Below are positions 35,315-47,851 of a stretch of DNA of 64,000 bases, in pieces. The stretch lies in the NCBI GenBank assembly GCA_002189035.1, contig NEEC01000007.1, positions 124,001 to 188,000 of the forward strand. Direction: 5' to 3'. A program made the translations under genes and the position numbers. This DNA comes from Utricularia gibba. Its lineage: Eukaryota > Plantae > Magnoliophyta. The stretch's first letter is position 1. Each line of letters begins with the position of its first letter. The notes beneath the pieces are model-generated. The model saw only the letters and a list, made by a program, of their open reading frames with translations. It did no database searches and had not been told where the DNA came from.

Positions 35315-38300
35315 ATGGGGAACATGAAATTCGCCGAGGAGCTCGTGAGGGAGTTCTTGGTGTACAGAGGTTTCACCAACACTCTTCATGCTTTCGAGAA
35401 GGAGTTGGCTACTGATATCGGCAAGGGGTTTCAAGTCGATAAGATTCTGGACTTAATTTTTTCTGTTTATATTCCCAAATTCGAGGCTGAAAACTTGGTT
35501 GATCTGCTTAGCTTTTTCAAGAGATGCATTTCTTCGGATCTCACTGCTGTAATATCGAAACTGGAGCAATCGGTCCTGCGCTATTACATTGTTAATGCAG
35601 TGAAATGTGGAAGAACGGACAAGGTTTTGGAATTTTTTGGAGCTTTTGGTGACGATTTGCTGGGAAGAGATGGTACTTGGAGCTCGTGGTTTGGTTAGTG
35701 CATTGCTCTAAAGGTTTTTTTTTTTTTTTTTTTCCAAAAAAAAGGTCTTCTTTTGAATAGTGCTAAGCCAACTTAAATCCATGGCAGCTATTCCGTACTT
35801 GCGGCATCCACATCTGGATCCTCTGTTCCGAGTGTACTTCTCTGATGAGTGGTTCCGTTCTTTACATCTGTCTATTCGGAATTTCTTGAGTGAGATTCTT
35901 GATGGTACTCATATCCTACGATGGCTTCGAAGATTTTGAAAGTGGAAAACTTTCGCCTTTCCTTGTTATTTTTTTTTTGCATTCACATCTTTGGAGTTTA
36001 AAATTTATGTTAAGGTGTTTCAGTTTGAACTTTCCTTAGCTTATCTACGTACCCCTGCCTTGTTGAAGTTTAGTTCTGAAGTGGAAACTATAAAGCAGCT
36101 CAAGAAGGAGATCAAACAACTTAACCTCAGGCTATCACAATCTCAGAAGTTGATTCAGGAAAAAGAATCCATCCGTCTGCGGTCCAGGTAGTGTTCATTA
36201 GTTTTTCTTTTCTTTGTTCATGGATGCATGCAGACGATAAAGTACTTCGTTTTCCGTTAAGTTGTGTGGAGGAAGCTGCATCTACAAGTGGAGAGGTCAG
36301 TGAAGCTTTTGCCACCATTTCAACCCAGCTTGAACGAAGAGAAGTGAACCAGATTCCAGATGATACTCAGCTTGATAAATCTTGTTTTTCAGAAGGTAAT
36401 ATCAATACTTTTTCAGAATAGGGGAGCTGTAGTCATCCTGAGGTTTCCTCATATGACTGCTAGTGTAAGCTCCTGATATTATATGCCATTATTCTTCAAT
36501 CTAGCACTTGAAAAAGCTGCGTTTTTTTTTTGGCGACATTTTCCCTTTGCTTGTACGTGATTATGAGCTGAGTTTTTTTTATTGCATTTTATAGCAAGTG
36601 AACCTATTTCACCAAGTGCAGAAGCTTTTTCAACGGTCAAAGCTACATATCAGGCATGAATTTTATGAGATAATCTGGAATTGTTTCCGTCTTCTTTTCT
36701 TGACTGTTATTTCCCAGTGTCATCTATTTATTACCTTATTTGTTAAGCTGCCCATACTTCTGCAGGATTCATTTTTGGGCCACACAGGTCCAATAGTTTG
36801 TGGCCGCTTTTCTACATCAGGCGACAATATTGCCAGTGCTTCAACTGATGGCACAGTGAGGTGTCACTGAGAATTTCTCCAACCACTTTGCTATATCGCA
36901 CATGACAAAAAATGTTAATGTAGAGTTGAAATGGGGTAGATAGAAGGCATAATTGATACTTCGCTTAGGTTTGATTTGATGGTTGTTCTGTGGAATGTTC
37001 CAAATTGGTGACCCAAGCGCTAGCACGATTCTAGGAAATCACTCTGTTTTCCACTATACTTTATGGTTTCTTTATTTTTGTTAATTTCGTGTTTTTTGTT
37101 ATTAGAATATGGACCCATGATTCAACTATGGCAGCAACTAGAAACGCAACTATCTATTGTGGAACAGAAATAACATCACTTGAATGGGAGTGCAAATCTG
37201 ATCGCCTTGTATGTTGCTTCATCTCAATCCCGTACCTTACAATGCCTGAAACCATTTCCTTTTTCAGAACAATACCAATATATATTTTTTTAAAGCTGCT
37301 CATAGGCACTTCTGATGGAAACATCAAAGCATGGAATACTGATGCCAAGCGTGTTGTTTGTGACCTGAGCTTAGCGAATGGATATCCCAGGTTAATTTGT
37401 TGATTCACTGAGATCATTTATCAACTGTTTTTTTCTGTTTTGCTCTTGACTGAATCTGAAATTTCCAACTTTTCTCATTTTCTTTTCCATATTTTGGTTT
37501 TGTTTTGTGCCCCATTTTCAGTATATTGGACCTGAAGTGCAGCCCTGTGGAGCCAATATTTGTTTCTGCGGCGGCAACTGAAAGGTTGCCTTGCATGCTA
37601 TCCAGTCTATTTAATCTTTACCCCGTCAAATACAACACTTAATTGGTCACTATCCCCAGTCATTATATAGGGAGTGGCATGAAAGTAGTTTGTCTCCTTT
37701 TATATTTGCTTTGCTGCACTTGCAGTATTTGATCAATGCTCCTTAGTGTTTCCAGGAAAGGTTCTAGCTACTTCGGGGATTTGGGCTATGGTTTATTAAC
37801 TGTGTGGAGTATGAGGACATGGAAAGCTGCGGTATGCCCTCCTTCCAGTAACGTTTTTCTATATTTCGACTGCTTGTTCGGGTGCATCTCAGTTTAGATA
37901 TGAATCTCCCCTGCTTTTTAACACTATGAAGGGAGTCCTTCCTCTTGGTGATGAACCACCTGCAATAACTTCATTGAGTTTCAATCACAATGGGAAGATT
38001 TTAGCTGCTGCTGCAGCTGATGGATTGATTCACATGTTTGGTATCCTTTTTTTTTATTTATCCCTCTTACACGATTAAGAGTTCTTGCAGTAGACATGGA
38101 AAGCCATTGCACCTTAACAACTGTTGGAAGACATGTCTGCTGGTCTGCAAGTCACTGGATGGCCTGCTCATGATTCTGGGATAACTTCTATTTGTTTTGG
38201 ACGTGATGAGACCAGCATCTTCAGCTTGGGAGCAGATGGAAATGCAAGAATTACCTTTTTCTGATCCTACACATTTTACTACTAATACTAGATTATTCCT

Positions 38301-38863
38301 TTACAAATCATTTATTGAAAGCATTTGCGACAAGAATCATTCTCTACCAGATATTTGAATTGTCGATTTGACTCTGCAGATATTTGAGTGGAGCTTGCAC
38401 AATCAAGGGAAAGTTCTCTGGTCAAGAAACTGCAACAGGTGAAACTCCGTTGCAGAACACAACTATAGCAATCATCAGGTGCTCAAATTCTAAACCACTC
38501 AACATTTGTGAACGCACGAACCATCTGCAGGTTTAGGAATCCAGAGAATTCATGCAGTTGGAGGCATGGAATGTCTCTGGATGCTGATGGGAAGAAGCTT
38601 CTGGTGACATCTGATTTAAACACCGCACCAATTTACAGCATATCAAATACGGTATCCTATACGCCGCTCTGTTTTTCCTCATGAGAAGGATCCTTTTCCT
38701 TTGGTCATAATTACTGTGCTGTGATCAGGAGGGAGCTCATAAATTTGGCTTGCAAACTCTTCCTCATGATGGATCTGTCACGACAGTCGACTGGCATCCC
38801 ATATCGCCCATCTTCTTGACTGGTTCATCTGACCACTCCATTCGAGTTACGCGGTTGGAATAA
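35315..38863 (+). CDS. WD-repeat protein 91 (WDR91/SORF1)-like, about 14 exons
   Basis: N-terminal LisH-like FAEELVREFLVYRGFTNTLHAFEKEL, FQVDKILDLIF; WD40 repeats FLGHTGPI..RFSTSGDNIASASTDGTVRIW and HDGSVTTVDWHP..FLTGSSDHSIRV. Confidence 0.88.
35911..36048 (+). other. U12-type AT-AC intron (138 nt)
   Basis: Donor ATATCCT at 35911, branch-like TTCCTTAG 36032-36039, acceptor AC 36047-36048. Splicing keeps the frame: DGT-R-TPALLKF. Confidence 0.85.
38041..38130 (+). other. U12-type GT-AG intron (90 nt)
   Basis: Donor GTATCCTTT, branch CCTTAAC 38112-38118, no polypyrimidine tract, acceptor AG 38129-38130. Joins IHMF-D-MSAGLQVTGWPAHD. Confidence 0.88.
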
Positions 38864-39452
38864 TGGATCGATCCTATGATGCATGAGGTGTATAGCCTGT
38901 AGCCATGTGTTGCTTACTGCATTGGTCATGGTCATGCTTCTTTCTTGTGGCTGTGTTAGCGGTCAGTTTAATGTTTGTGGTTGATAAAGCACAGTGTGGG
39001 AATCAACAATAAGAAGTTGAAAAAAAATTGAGGATCAAATTTGGGAATTAGAGAAAGTGAATGGGTCAAAATGAAAAGTCTGAAATATATTACATGCATC
39101 CGGTCCAAATGGAGCCCAATAAGCAGAGGAACTAGTGCTGAATGGATCTGGATATTGTCTAGTCGGGCCGACATCATTGAATGGGCCATACGAAGGCGAC
39201 GACGTCGTTTCATGAATGTGAGTAGTCATTTCCCCTGTTCCCACCAAGCCCTGGTGTATATATTCGATTAATATACGCCGATGCTGTTTAGAGAGGGGGT
39301 GTGCTGTACCGCCACACGTCTGAGCTTCGATACAAACAAGAAAAACCTCTGCAACCATCGTCCAGCTCCAGCATCTCCTTCTCATTCTTCGTCACTTGTG
39401 GTGGCTCTTGATTGAATTAATATTCCGGTGGGATATATTTTCCCTGGCGGTA

Positions 39453-42400
39453 ATGGCGCAAGTATGTTCGAATCTTGCCAAGTGTGCATTTCCTGCTGGA
39501 GTTGGTTCTGGATCTCAGGAAAGCCGATCAAGGGAGCAGGGGAAACTTTCAGGGTTCGATGGGAATGTATTGCGGTCAAATGAGAGGATGAGCCGCGGTG
39601 TAGCTGTAAAGGTAAGCGCTCCGATCACGCCTAGGAAGTCCCTTAGTACGGATCCGCAGTTCATCCCCGTTTCTCCTGAAGACAGTGCAAAGGTAAGTGC
39701 TTTGTTTTGTTTTCTTTTTTTTTTTTTTTGGCTCTTTCTCATGCGTATTCTTGCAATACGCCACATTTGTAAGCCGACACTTTAATGTGGCGTTTCCATA
39801 TTCTTACTTCTGGGTCAGGAACAGGGAAAAGTTCAGAGTTTTCAAGGAACTACACAAAATGGTGATGTATCCATGGGTTTGGGATCTACACCATTAGTGA
39901 GGCGGAAGACCAAAATTGTTTGCACAATCGGTCCGTCTTCCAATACCAAGGAGATGATATGGAAACTAGCAGAGGCAGGGATGAATGTGGCGCGTCTTAA
40001 TATGTCCCACGGAGATCATGCATCTCATCAGAAAGTTATTGACTTGGTCAAGGAGTACAACTCTAAGGCGAAGGACAATGTTATAGCCATCATGCTTGAC
40101 ACCAAGGCTAGTATTTTAGTTTAGCTCGTGGTTCACAACTTAATTAGACTGCAGCGCCATTCAGCTCTTCGGGATTTCGAATGGCAGGGCCCTGAGGTTA
40201 GGAGCGGTGATTTACCTCAACCTATTATGCTGTCGACGGGTCAAGAATTTACTTTCACAATTAGAAGGGGAATTGGAACACCTGACTGTGTTAGTGTCAA
40301 CTATGACGATTTTGTCAATGATGTTGAAGCTGGGGATATGCTGCTTGTCGATGGTAGAAACCTCTAACTTTCTGATATTTGTTTGTTTAGAGAAAAAAAA
40401 ACATTAGCCCGTATAATATTGGAAAACTTAGCTTCCTACATTAGTTGGTTGTCGCGATTGGCACCCTAGTATTTTTTCTTTTTCTGGATTTTGATCTGCA
40501 GCTTTTTAGATTTCATGCCCTTGATGATACTGGCCTCTGCTTTTGAATCTATATATGACTGTTTCTTGACTATGCAGGTGGTATGATGTCATTGCTCGTG
40601 AAGTCGAAGAATGAAGATTCAGTGAAATGTGAAGTTATTGATGGTGGGGAGCTTAAGTCTCGTCGACACCTTAATGTTCGTGGAAAAAGTGCAACACTTC
40701 CTTCAATCACAGGTCACGCTTTCTGTGCATCAGGATTTTCTGTTTGTAGTAACTGCATTGCTCTCCCTGTGCACAAAAAATAAGAACCGGCATTTGAATG
40801 TTCAACAGAAAAGGATTGGGAGGATATCAAATTTGGAGTGGATAATGAAGTTGATTTCTATGCTGTTTCCTTTGTCAAGGATGCTGCTGTTGTTCATGAA
40901 TTGAAGAATTATCTGAAAGGTTAATTCCTAGTTTTTGGAGCCGTATTTTGTGCTGTTAACTACTCCCTCAAGCATTGGCCCTTCTCCTCTGTTGTGGCTG
41001 CAGCAGCCACTATTGTTTTTCCATATCATGAATTTCGATATCGTTTTTTGTTCCCTGCAGCTGCTGGAGCAGATATCCACGTCATCGTCAAAATTGAAAG
41101 TGCAGACTCCATACCAAATTTGCAGTCAATTATAACTGCGTCTGATGGGGTAGGAATGGCAATCGCACATGTAGATAAATAATGATAATTTCATGTACTC
41201 AGAATGAGCTTATCAAGCTGGCTTTCTCGAAATTATTAGTGAATTATTTGCGATTGACTGTACATGGTTGGCAATGAAGCGTTTAGAAATCTGATAATTT
41301 CTTTTATAGTTTCTATGTGTTCCATGATTGGTGAAACTTGCTGCACTGCAAAATAAATTACCTGAACTGATCCGTTTTCTTGATAGGCAATGGTTGCCAG
41401 AGGAGATCTTGGTGCAGAATTGCCCATCGAGGACGTTCCAATATTGCAGGTAAAGTGGCAGACTACAGATCCGGGACACAAGAAAGAGCATGGTTGATTC
41501 AAGTTATTCTATGAACGGTTGTGTTGATTTAAGAAATACCTGATGTGTATAGGAAGAAATTATCCGGACATGTCGTAGCATGGGGAAAGCAGTTATTGTA
41601 GCAACAAATATGCTTGAAAGCATGATAGTGCACCCCACTCCCACCCGAGCAGAAGTATCAGATATTGCCATTGCTGTTCGAGAAGGTGCTGATGCAGTGA
41701 TGCTTTCAGGAGAGACTGCTCATGGGAGGCAAGTGATTTTATTTTTTAAAGAAAGCAACTGATGCTTCGTGCAGCTGAGTATTTTCACTAACCTAGGTGC
41801 ATTAAACTTTGCATGATTCCTATAATTTGACTTGCTGTCTTAGGTTTCCATTGAAAGCTGTTAAAGTCATGCACACGGTCTCCTTGCGAACTGAAGAAAC
41901 GATCTCCGGTCCAGAGACGCCAACGAACCCTGGCCTAGCACTCAAGGTTCAGTTCTGTAGCAGATTCTGCTGTCTTGTTTGTACTTCCACTTCGCATGTA
42001 CCACACTCACATCTCTGTTTGTTGTTAATTTTGTGTTTGCAGAATCATATGAGTGAAATGTTTGCATACCATGCAACAATGATGTCCAATACCCTTGGAA
42101 CCTCAATCGTAGTATTCACGAGGACTGGTTTCATGGCCATACTCTTGAGCCATTATCGACCATCTGGAACAATTTTTGCTTTCACAAATGAGTGAGTTCC
42201 AAAACCTTCGTGTTACAAGATATCTGTCTGGCTGCACCTCCCCTTGGTGCCCTTTTCTTTTTAACACATGTATATACTGATCACTGCATTCGCATGTCCT
42301 CACTTCCAACTTTCTTCTCAACTATAGCCAGCCTAGCTAATTGTACGACATGTATTGTTTGTTCTCTTAACAGTAAGAGAATACAGCAAAGGTTGGCTCT

Positions 42401-42712
42401 CTACCAAGGTGTTTGCCCCATTCATTTGGAGTTCTCCAATGATGCAGAAGAGACTTTCTCCAACGCACTCGCCTTGCTCCAGGTGCGTGCTTCTTAAACA
42501 CTAGAGCGCACAAGATCATCACTTTCGTGCCACCCGTTTGCTTTTTTTTGCTTATTCTGAGTACAGTATTCAAGGTATGAATACCAAATATGACCTGTTT
42601 ACAGAAGCAAGGCATGGTTAAAGAAGGTGAGCACGTGGCTCTTCTCCAGAGTGGCCGGCAACCGATCTGGCGATCGCAGTCGACCCACAACATTCAGGTC
42701 AGGAAAGTATAG
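39453..42712 (+). CDS. PKP2: Plastidial pyruvate kinase beta subunit, about 12 exons
   Basis: Transit peptide; [27 protein letters not shown]|[65 protein letters not shown]; beta-type end [14 protein letters not shown]. Confidence 0.96.
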
Positions 42713-43217
42713 CCAGCCTCAAACGAGCATGGCTGCCGTGGTGGATCCAATGCCTCATCCCTTGCTTATTTACGATTCTAGATATTGTTCTCTCCATCTG
42801 GAGGGAGATACTGCGGTTTTTTTTTTTTTTTTGTTTTTGAATCCATCAGCTCCTGCACTGCTTTTTTCGCCTTGTCTTGCTGAATGTTTCCTTGTGACTT
42901 GGGTGAGGGCTTGCTTGCTTGCTTCTTCGTAGTGAGATTTTTTTCAGGTGCATTTATTTTAGATCAATAAAATAAAAATAAATGGGATGTAAAATAAGAA
43001 GCGTTTTCTTAAAGTCGTTGGCAGGTTTTCCGAGTTCATGGAGTAGCGACTTACACAAGATTCAATACGACGACGTACAGCGTCCTATCTCCTCTCTCTG
43101 CTTGCATGGATGATGCCGCCCCGGAGCTTTCAGCAACACTCCTTGCAGCTCCTCCACCTCGCGATTCCTTCTCCAAAAAAGTAATCAGGCGAAGGTTTAC
43201 ACAATCGAGAGGAGAGG

Positions 43218-44102
43218 ATGGAGGCAATTTCCGTTTTCAGATTCCCAATTCTTTCATTCCGAGAACAAGCCGTTCGAAGATCGTTTCCCATGAGAGATCC
43301 GGCAATCCGAAACGATTTTGCCAATTTCTTCCCTTGTTCACTATCAATTTGCGGTTCTAATAGGACTCGTTTTCGATCCAAGTCCGCGGAGGATGAAGAA
43401 CTGGTTGTGTCCCCAGAAGAGGATCAGTGGCTCCAGAAACTGCCTGATAAGAAGAAACCATTGTACTCCCACAGCTTGCCTTGCGTTGAAGCGTGGCTCA
43501 AGAGTTTGGGGTTTTTTCAGAGCAAAGAAGACAGAGCACTTTGGTTCATGGAGAAGCCGGATTGGCATGCTCAACTTTCGCTTGATGTCACAGATTTATA
43601 CATAAGGTGCTGCCATTGCATTTCAAGATCGCATTTTTATTTTTCTTTTTGAGGTTGCTGGTTATAGCCTTTCTGGGTAGCTCTTATTTTTTGGTTCACT
43701 TGCCAGCGTTAAATAGATGGATAGCTTGTTGATCTTATTGAATTTCTGAGAATTGAATTATCCTGCGGGATCCTACCAAGAATGAATATTTGAGTCGAGG
43801 AAGCGTTCCATCCTTTCTGTTTATGTTCTCATGATTGCAAGTGAAGCATTATATGTGGCTGAAATGTCATTGAAGTGTAATGTACTGGTTACGGTTGCGT
43901 TTAGCAGAGATCACTGGGTGCAGCTGTTGCTGAAACCAGAAGGTCCCAATTCTTTATGCCCTTTACTCATCATCTCTTTGCTCCAAAACCACGCAGATAC
44001 CTGAAGACGGGACCTGGCAATCTTGAGAAAGATGTGGAAAGAAGATTCAGCTACGCTTTGAGTCGAGAAGATATCGAGAATGCCATCCTTGGAGGACCAT
44101 GA
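43218..44102 (+). CDS. Plastid-targeted DUF3143-like protein; exons 43218-43606 and 43997-44102
   Basis: Transit-peptide-like N-terminus; LPDKKKPLYSHSLPCVEAWLKSLGF...WHAQLSLDVTDLYIR|YLKTGPGNLEKDVERRFSYALSREDIENAILGGP. Confidence 0.88.
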
Positions 44103-45268
44103 AGAAGCCCCACTTCGGGAAGCAATAAGCTGCTGCAAAGAGTCACCGAGATCAGCTTCGTGCATCAGAAATTCGATTCTTGTAGGATGACTACGATTTG
44201 ATGGCATCTATCAGATATTCACGAGGAAAAATAACACCTTAGCCAAGTCTCAATGGAATCGTTTGCGCGTGGCGCACAAATGCTGTCATCCTCTTGGATT
44301 TTATGCTCCTACTTTCGTGTCCAGTGAAGATGGTGACGACGGAGGAGCTGGACCCCCTCCTCTTGGGGTGGACAATGGTGTTAAGGGAAAGCGTGGATCC
44401 GAGCGCGCAGGCCTGCCCAGGTGAGGAGTAATCCAGCCCACTGCTCAGACTACCCAGCTCCAGAATAAAGTAAAGACTGCAGCAGCATTACATGTATCTA
44501 TCTATCTAGCAGCGTATGAGGATGGATGAATGATTGATCACCTAATCCGAATCGCGCCTTCTCAGGCACAACCTAACCTAGCAATCCTTGCTCCTGCGCC
44601 CATCAACTTTTTGGGAGTCGTGAACTTCTGGGCGCGCATCTCAACGACCAGATCTAGTTGCTCAGATTTTATGGAAACAGCCAAGCTCAGGCATGCCATG
44701 CCATGCCGGGTGCAGTTTGGAATATTTTTTTTGGTGCCCCCCAGTCCCCACTCCCCCATGTAAAGCAAGAAAAGGTCCCTCCCCCCTACAGCATCTTATT
44801 CCTTGTAGGGGGCAACTCACTCACTCACCCCTCCCCTTCCTCTCAAATTCCCTCCTTTTCAGCAGGTCAACAACACACACACACTCCAGTCTGCTGCACC
44901 TGAGCTTGAAAGCATTCCCAGCATAATACTAACCACCATCCCATAATTGATGGGGTAGAAGCATCCAATGCATGACTGACTACTCCAGTCCTGGTGGACA
45001 AAATCATGCATATTCCAAATGCCCTTCAAATAATTCAATTATTGCACCTTCCTTCCACTTTAATATTCTAATCCTGAACTGATTGATTAGATCGATGGTT
45101 GTTGGTGTAGTGATCAGCTTCTGGAAATAGAATTAATGTCGCAAAAATGATCGAGGGGAGGGGAGGGGAGGGAGGGGGACCAGCGGGGGCGACAAGGAGA
45201 ACAATAATGATAGAGGGAGAGGGAGAGGGAGAGGGAGAGGGAGAAAAGTGGATTCAAATGGAAGATCC

Positions 45269-46194
45269 TCAAACGGCTAAGAACGACTCCAGACTCCCCA
45301 AATTGGAAACTTCGCGGAAATCATCATCCACCTGGAGCCATCTGCTCCTCTCCTCCACTGAGTCTTTTGCATCACCCACTGCCGCCGCGCCCGTCTCCCC
45401 AAACTCCGCCGCCTCCAGGGAATTCCGAAGCAGTAACTCCCAGCAGTAGAATTCGGACACGGATTCCACTGGGAAATCGAAAATCGGAACTTCCTCCGGG
45501 GTGTACTCCTGGGGCGCCCTCTCCCCATCTTCCGGTTCCCATTGGTTCCCTGGAGTCGGAGGAATTTTTCTCCGTATCGTGGGCTCTTCCTCCACCGGAA
45601 ACTCGAAGAAATGGCTGCTCACTGTGTAACCGGCGACCCCGGGCTCGCTGTCCAGATCGCTCGAGTATCGGAACACGGAGGTTGGGGATGAGAAGTTGCG
45701 AGACTCGCCCGCGGAATCGTAGCTGGATTCCCAAGTGTCCTTCGCCGGCGTTTTCTTGAAATTGGTCAAAGCGCCAGGGCCACGCAGCTTAATGGCAGCG
45801 TTGTCGTACACCATCGCCGCCTCCTCCGCGGTGTCGTATGTCCCCAGCCACAGCCTGACTCGCTGCGAGGGATCCCGTATCTCCGCCGCCCATTTCCCCA
45901 GGGCCGCTGCCGTACACCCCGGAACTTCGACCGGTTCCTCCTCTTGCCCGCCATTTCCTCTGCCTTCACCTTCATCGGCTTCGACTTGAGACCCAAGGGG
46001 ACTCCACCACGCGTCTGGCCACAGTCGGAGGATGCCGACTCGATTCTGATCTCGTTGACATATTTCTTGATCCTCGGCCGGAACTCGGAGTCCTCATCCC
46101 CGGACGAATCCGTCGCGTCGGGATCATCGACACAAAATCTAACGGTCACGGCGGCGTTACCGATTCCCCCCCATTCTCCGCGGTGCGGCTTCAA
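45269..46194 (-). CDS. Cytokinin response factor (CRF)-type AP2/ERF transcription factor; frameshift at ~45893-45899, start codon unresolved
   Basis: CRF domain [18 protein letters not shown]...[11 protein letters not shown]; AP2 domain [11 protein letters not shown](K)[39 protein letters not shown] after restoring one base; SPTSVFRY motif. Confidence 0.9.
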
Positions 46195-46817
46195 ACCTCC
46201 CTCGGAGAACGAGCCCTCTTTGAATCTCCCCGGGGCAGCAACGTCGTACCCATGGATTCAGAGAACCTGCGAATCAAATCCAAACCCAAATGGAGGAAGC
46301 AGCCAAAAGAAGGTTGCTTTAGCTGACGAGGCAGCAGCATCAGCAGCAGCAGCAGGTACGCACACACCACTGGCAAGCTTTTTATAAAGAGACAGACCGC
46401 ATAAATAAAATAAAATAATAATAATAATAATTCGTTTTTATAGTCAGTCGTTCGTGGGGCCCACGGGTGTACTTCATCCAACCACCGCCGACAAACTCGC
46501 TGCATTACGGCTAACGGCAATAGCGAGAGGCGGGAGTTGTTGAACCATAACGGATATGGCCTGTTCGTCATTGGGCCTTGAGCTTTCTTAAAAATTGGGC
46601 CTGACTTAGAGACGGGGCTCATATTGATGATATCTGGGTTCATATTTATCTTCTTCTTCCACTCTACGGCCCAGTGGGATGATGGCTTTCTGATCCATTT
46701 TTATCTGCTGCCGAATTCGTCGCCGTCCCGGGATTTTTCGGTTGCTTGGTGACGTTTTGCATTCTTCGGAATCCGATATGACTTGCTAGAAGGATCGGGA
46801 ATACATGGGCGTACGCA

Positions 46818-47257
46818 GGAAGCATCTTTCGGCTGACTAAACCACTCGGTACATAACCTGATGGACGTGCTTCATTTATCTATGATGATACTTCTGCCTC
46901 CTCTAAACCTCCCTCTCCATGAAATTTTGCCGGTGTATGCCTGACTGTCCTGCGAGAATCATGAAAGTAGGTAGCGATGATAGCCGGATTGCACTTAATG
47001 ACCCGGGTGTTTCTTCGCGCTGGTGATGAATAAGGTATCTTCATCTTTTTCCCCTCCCTCATTAGAGATGCAATTCTTCACTGCGGAGATGCACCGAAAT
47101 ATATTGTAGTGAAATCAGAGATTTAGTATGTGAATTTCAAAGTTGCTTGTTTTTTCATCCTTACAGGTATGACCATCTATGGGATCCCGATGTGCCAGAA
47201 GAGTACAAAGTTCCGTGCTTGTGTAAATCTCCAAGCTGCAGAAAGTTGATGAACTAG
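46818..47257 (+). pseudogene. Remnant of an ATX3/4/5-type trithorax SET-domain gene (last three exons only)
   Basis: GSIFRLT(N)HS|gt (46818-46848, frameshifted); CMPDCPARIMKVGSDDSRIAL..AGDE (46934-47034, stops, acceptor mutated to CGG); intact post-SET exon YDHLWDPDVPEEYKVPCLCKSPSCRKLMN* (47167-47257). Confidence 0.88.
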
Positions 47258-47851
47258 GAGCAGTCATGCTCAGAGCATTCTATGGCTTCTGCTTCTTCAC
47301 AAGCAATCAATCAGAAAGCTTCCATCACCAGCCAGCTCATTGAGACCGTAGTTCTTTGCTCTTCACAGCTTACAAGAGTAGGTAGTATCATCAAATACAA
47401 GTAGCAGGCAGCAGCAGTCTGTACAAAGGAGATCACGTAGCTTCCTTCCTAGCCTTTCTCTGCCTGCCGATTGTTTCGCTCATTCACAAGCAGAAGAGAA
47501 GTATCGTGGTTGAAGTCGTGCTCTCTCTTCTCTCTGTTACTTCTTTAACATATGAAGAGAAATGTATATGTTATTGCTTTTCACACTTTGGCATCTGAGT
47601 CTACTGATGGGCAAAAGTAACTGAATCGACTCAAAGATGTGTATAGAAACATTTTAATTCTTACCCACTTCCCTTCCTCGTCGCCGGAATCCAGATTTTG
47701 TTCCCCGGAGAAGTTTCAGGCGACTGCGATAAAAACTGATTAGATCACCAAGATGTAATATTTGACCCCTTCCCTTTTTCTCTTTAAAATGTACTTTGAA
47801 AAAACGAAAAGCAGATGTAAAACAGAAAATAAGCGCATCTGATCCGAAGAA

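Noticed and set aside
39300-39450. WRINKLED1 AW-box upstream of plastid pyruvate kinase
   Set aside because: Only one-mismatch versions of CnTnG(n7)CG were found (e.g. CTCTG-caaccat-CG); not supportable.
45147-46387. Plus-strand ORFs of 100-147 aa over the CRF gene
   Set aside because: Antisense shadows in GC-rich coding DNA.
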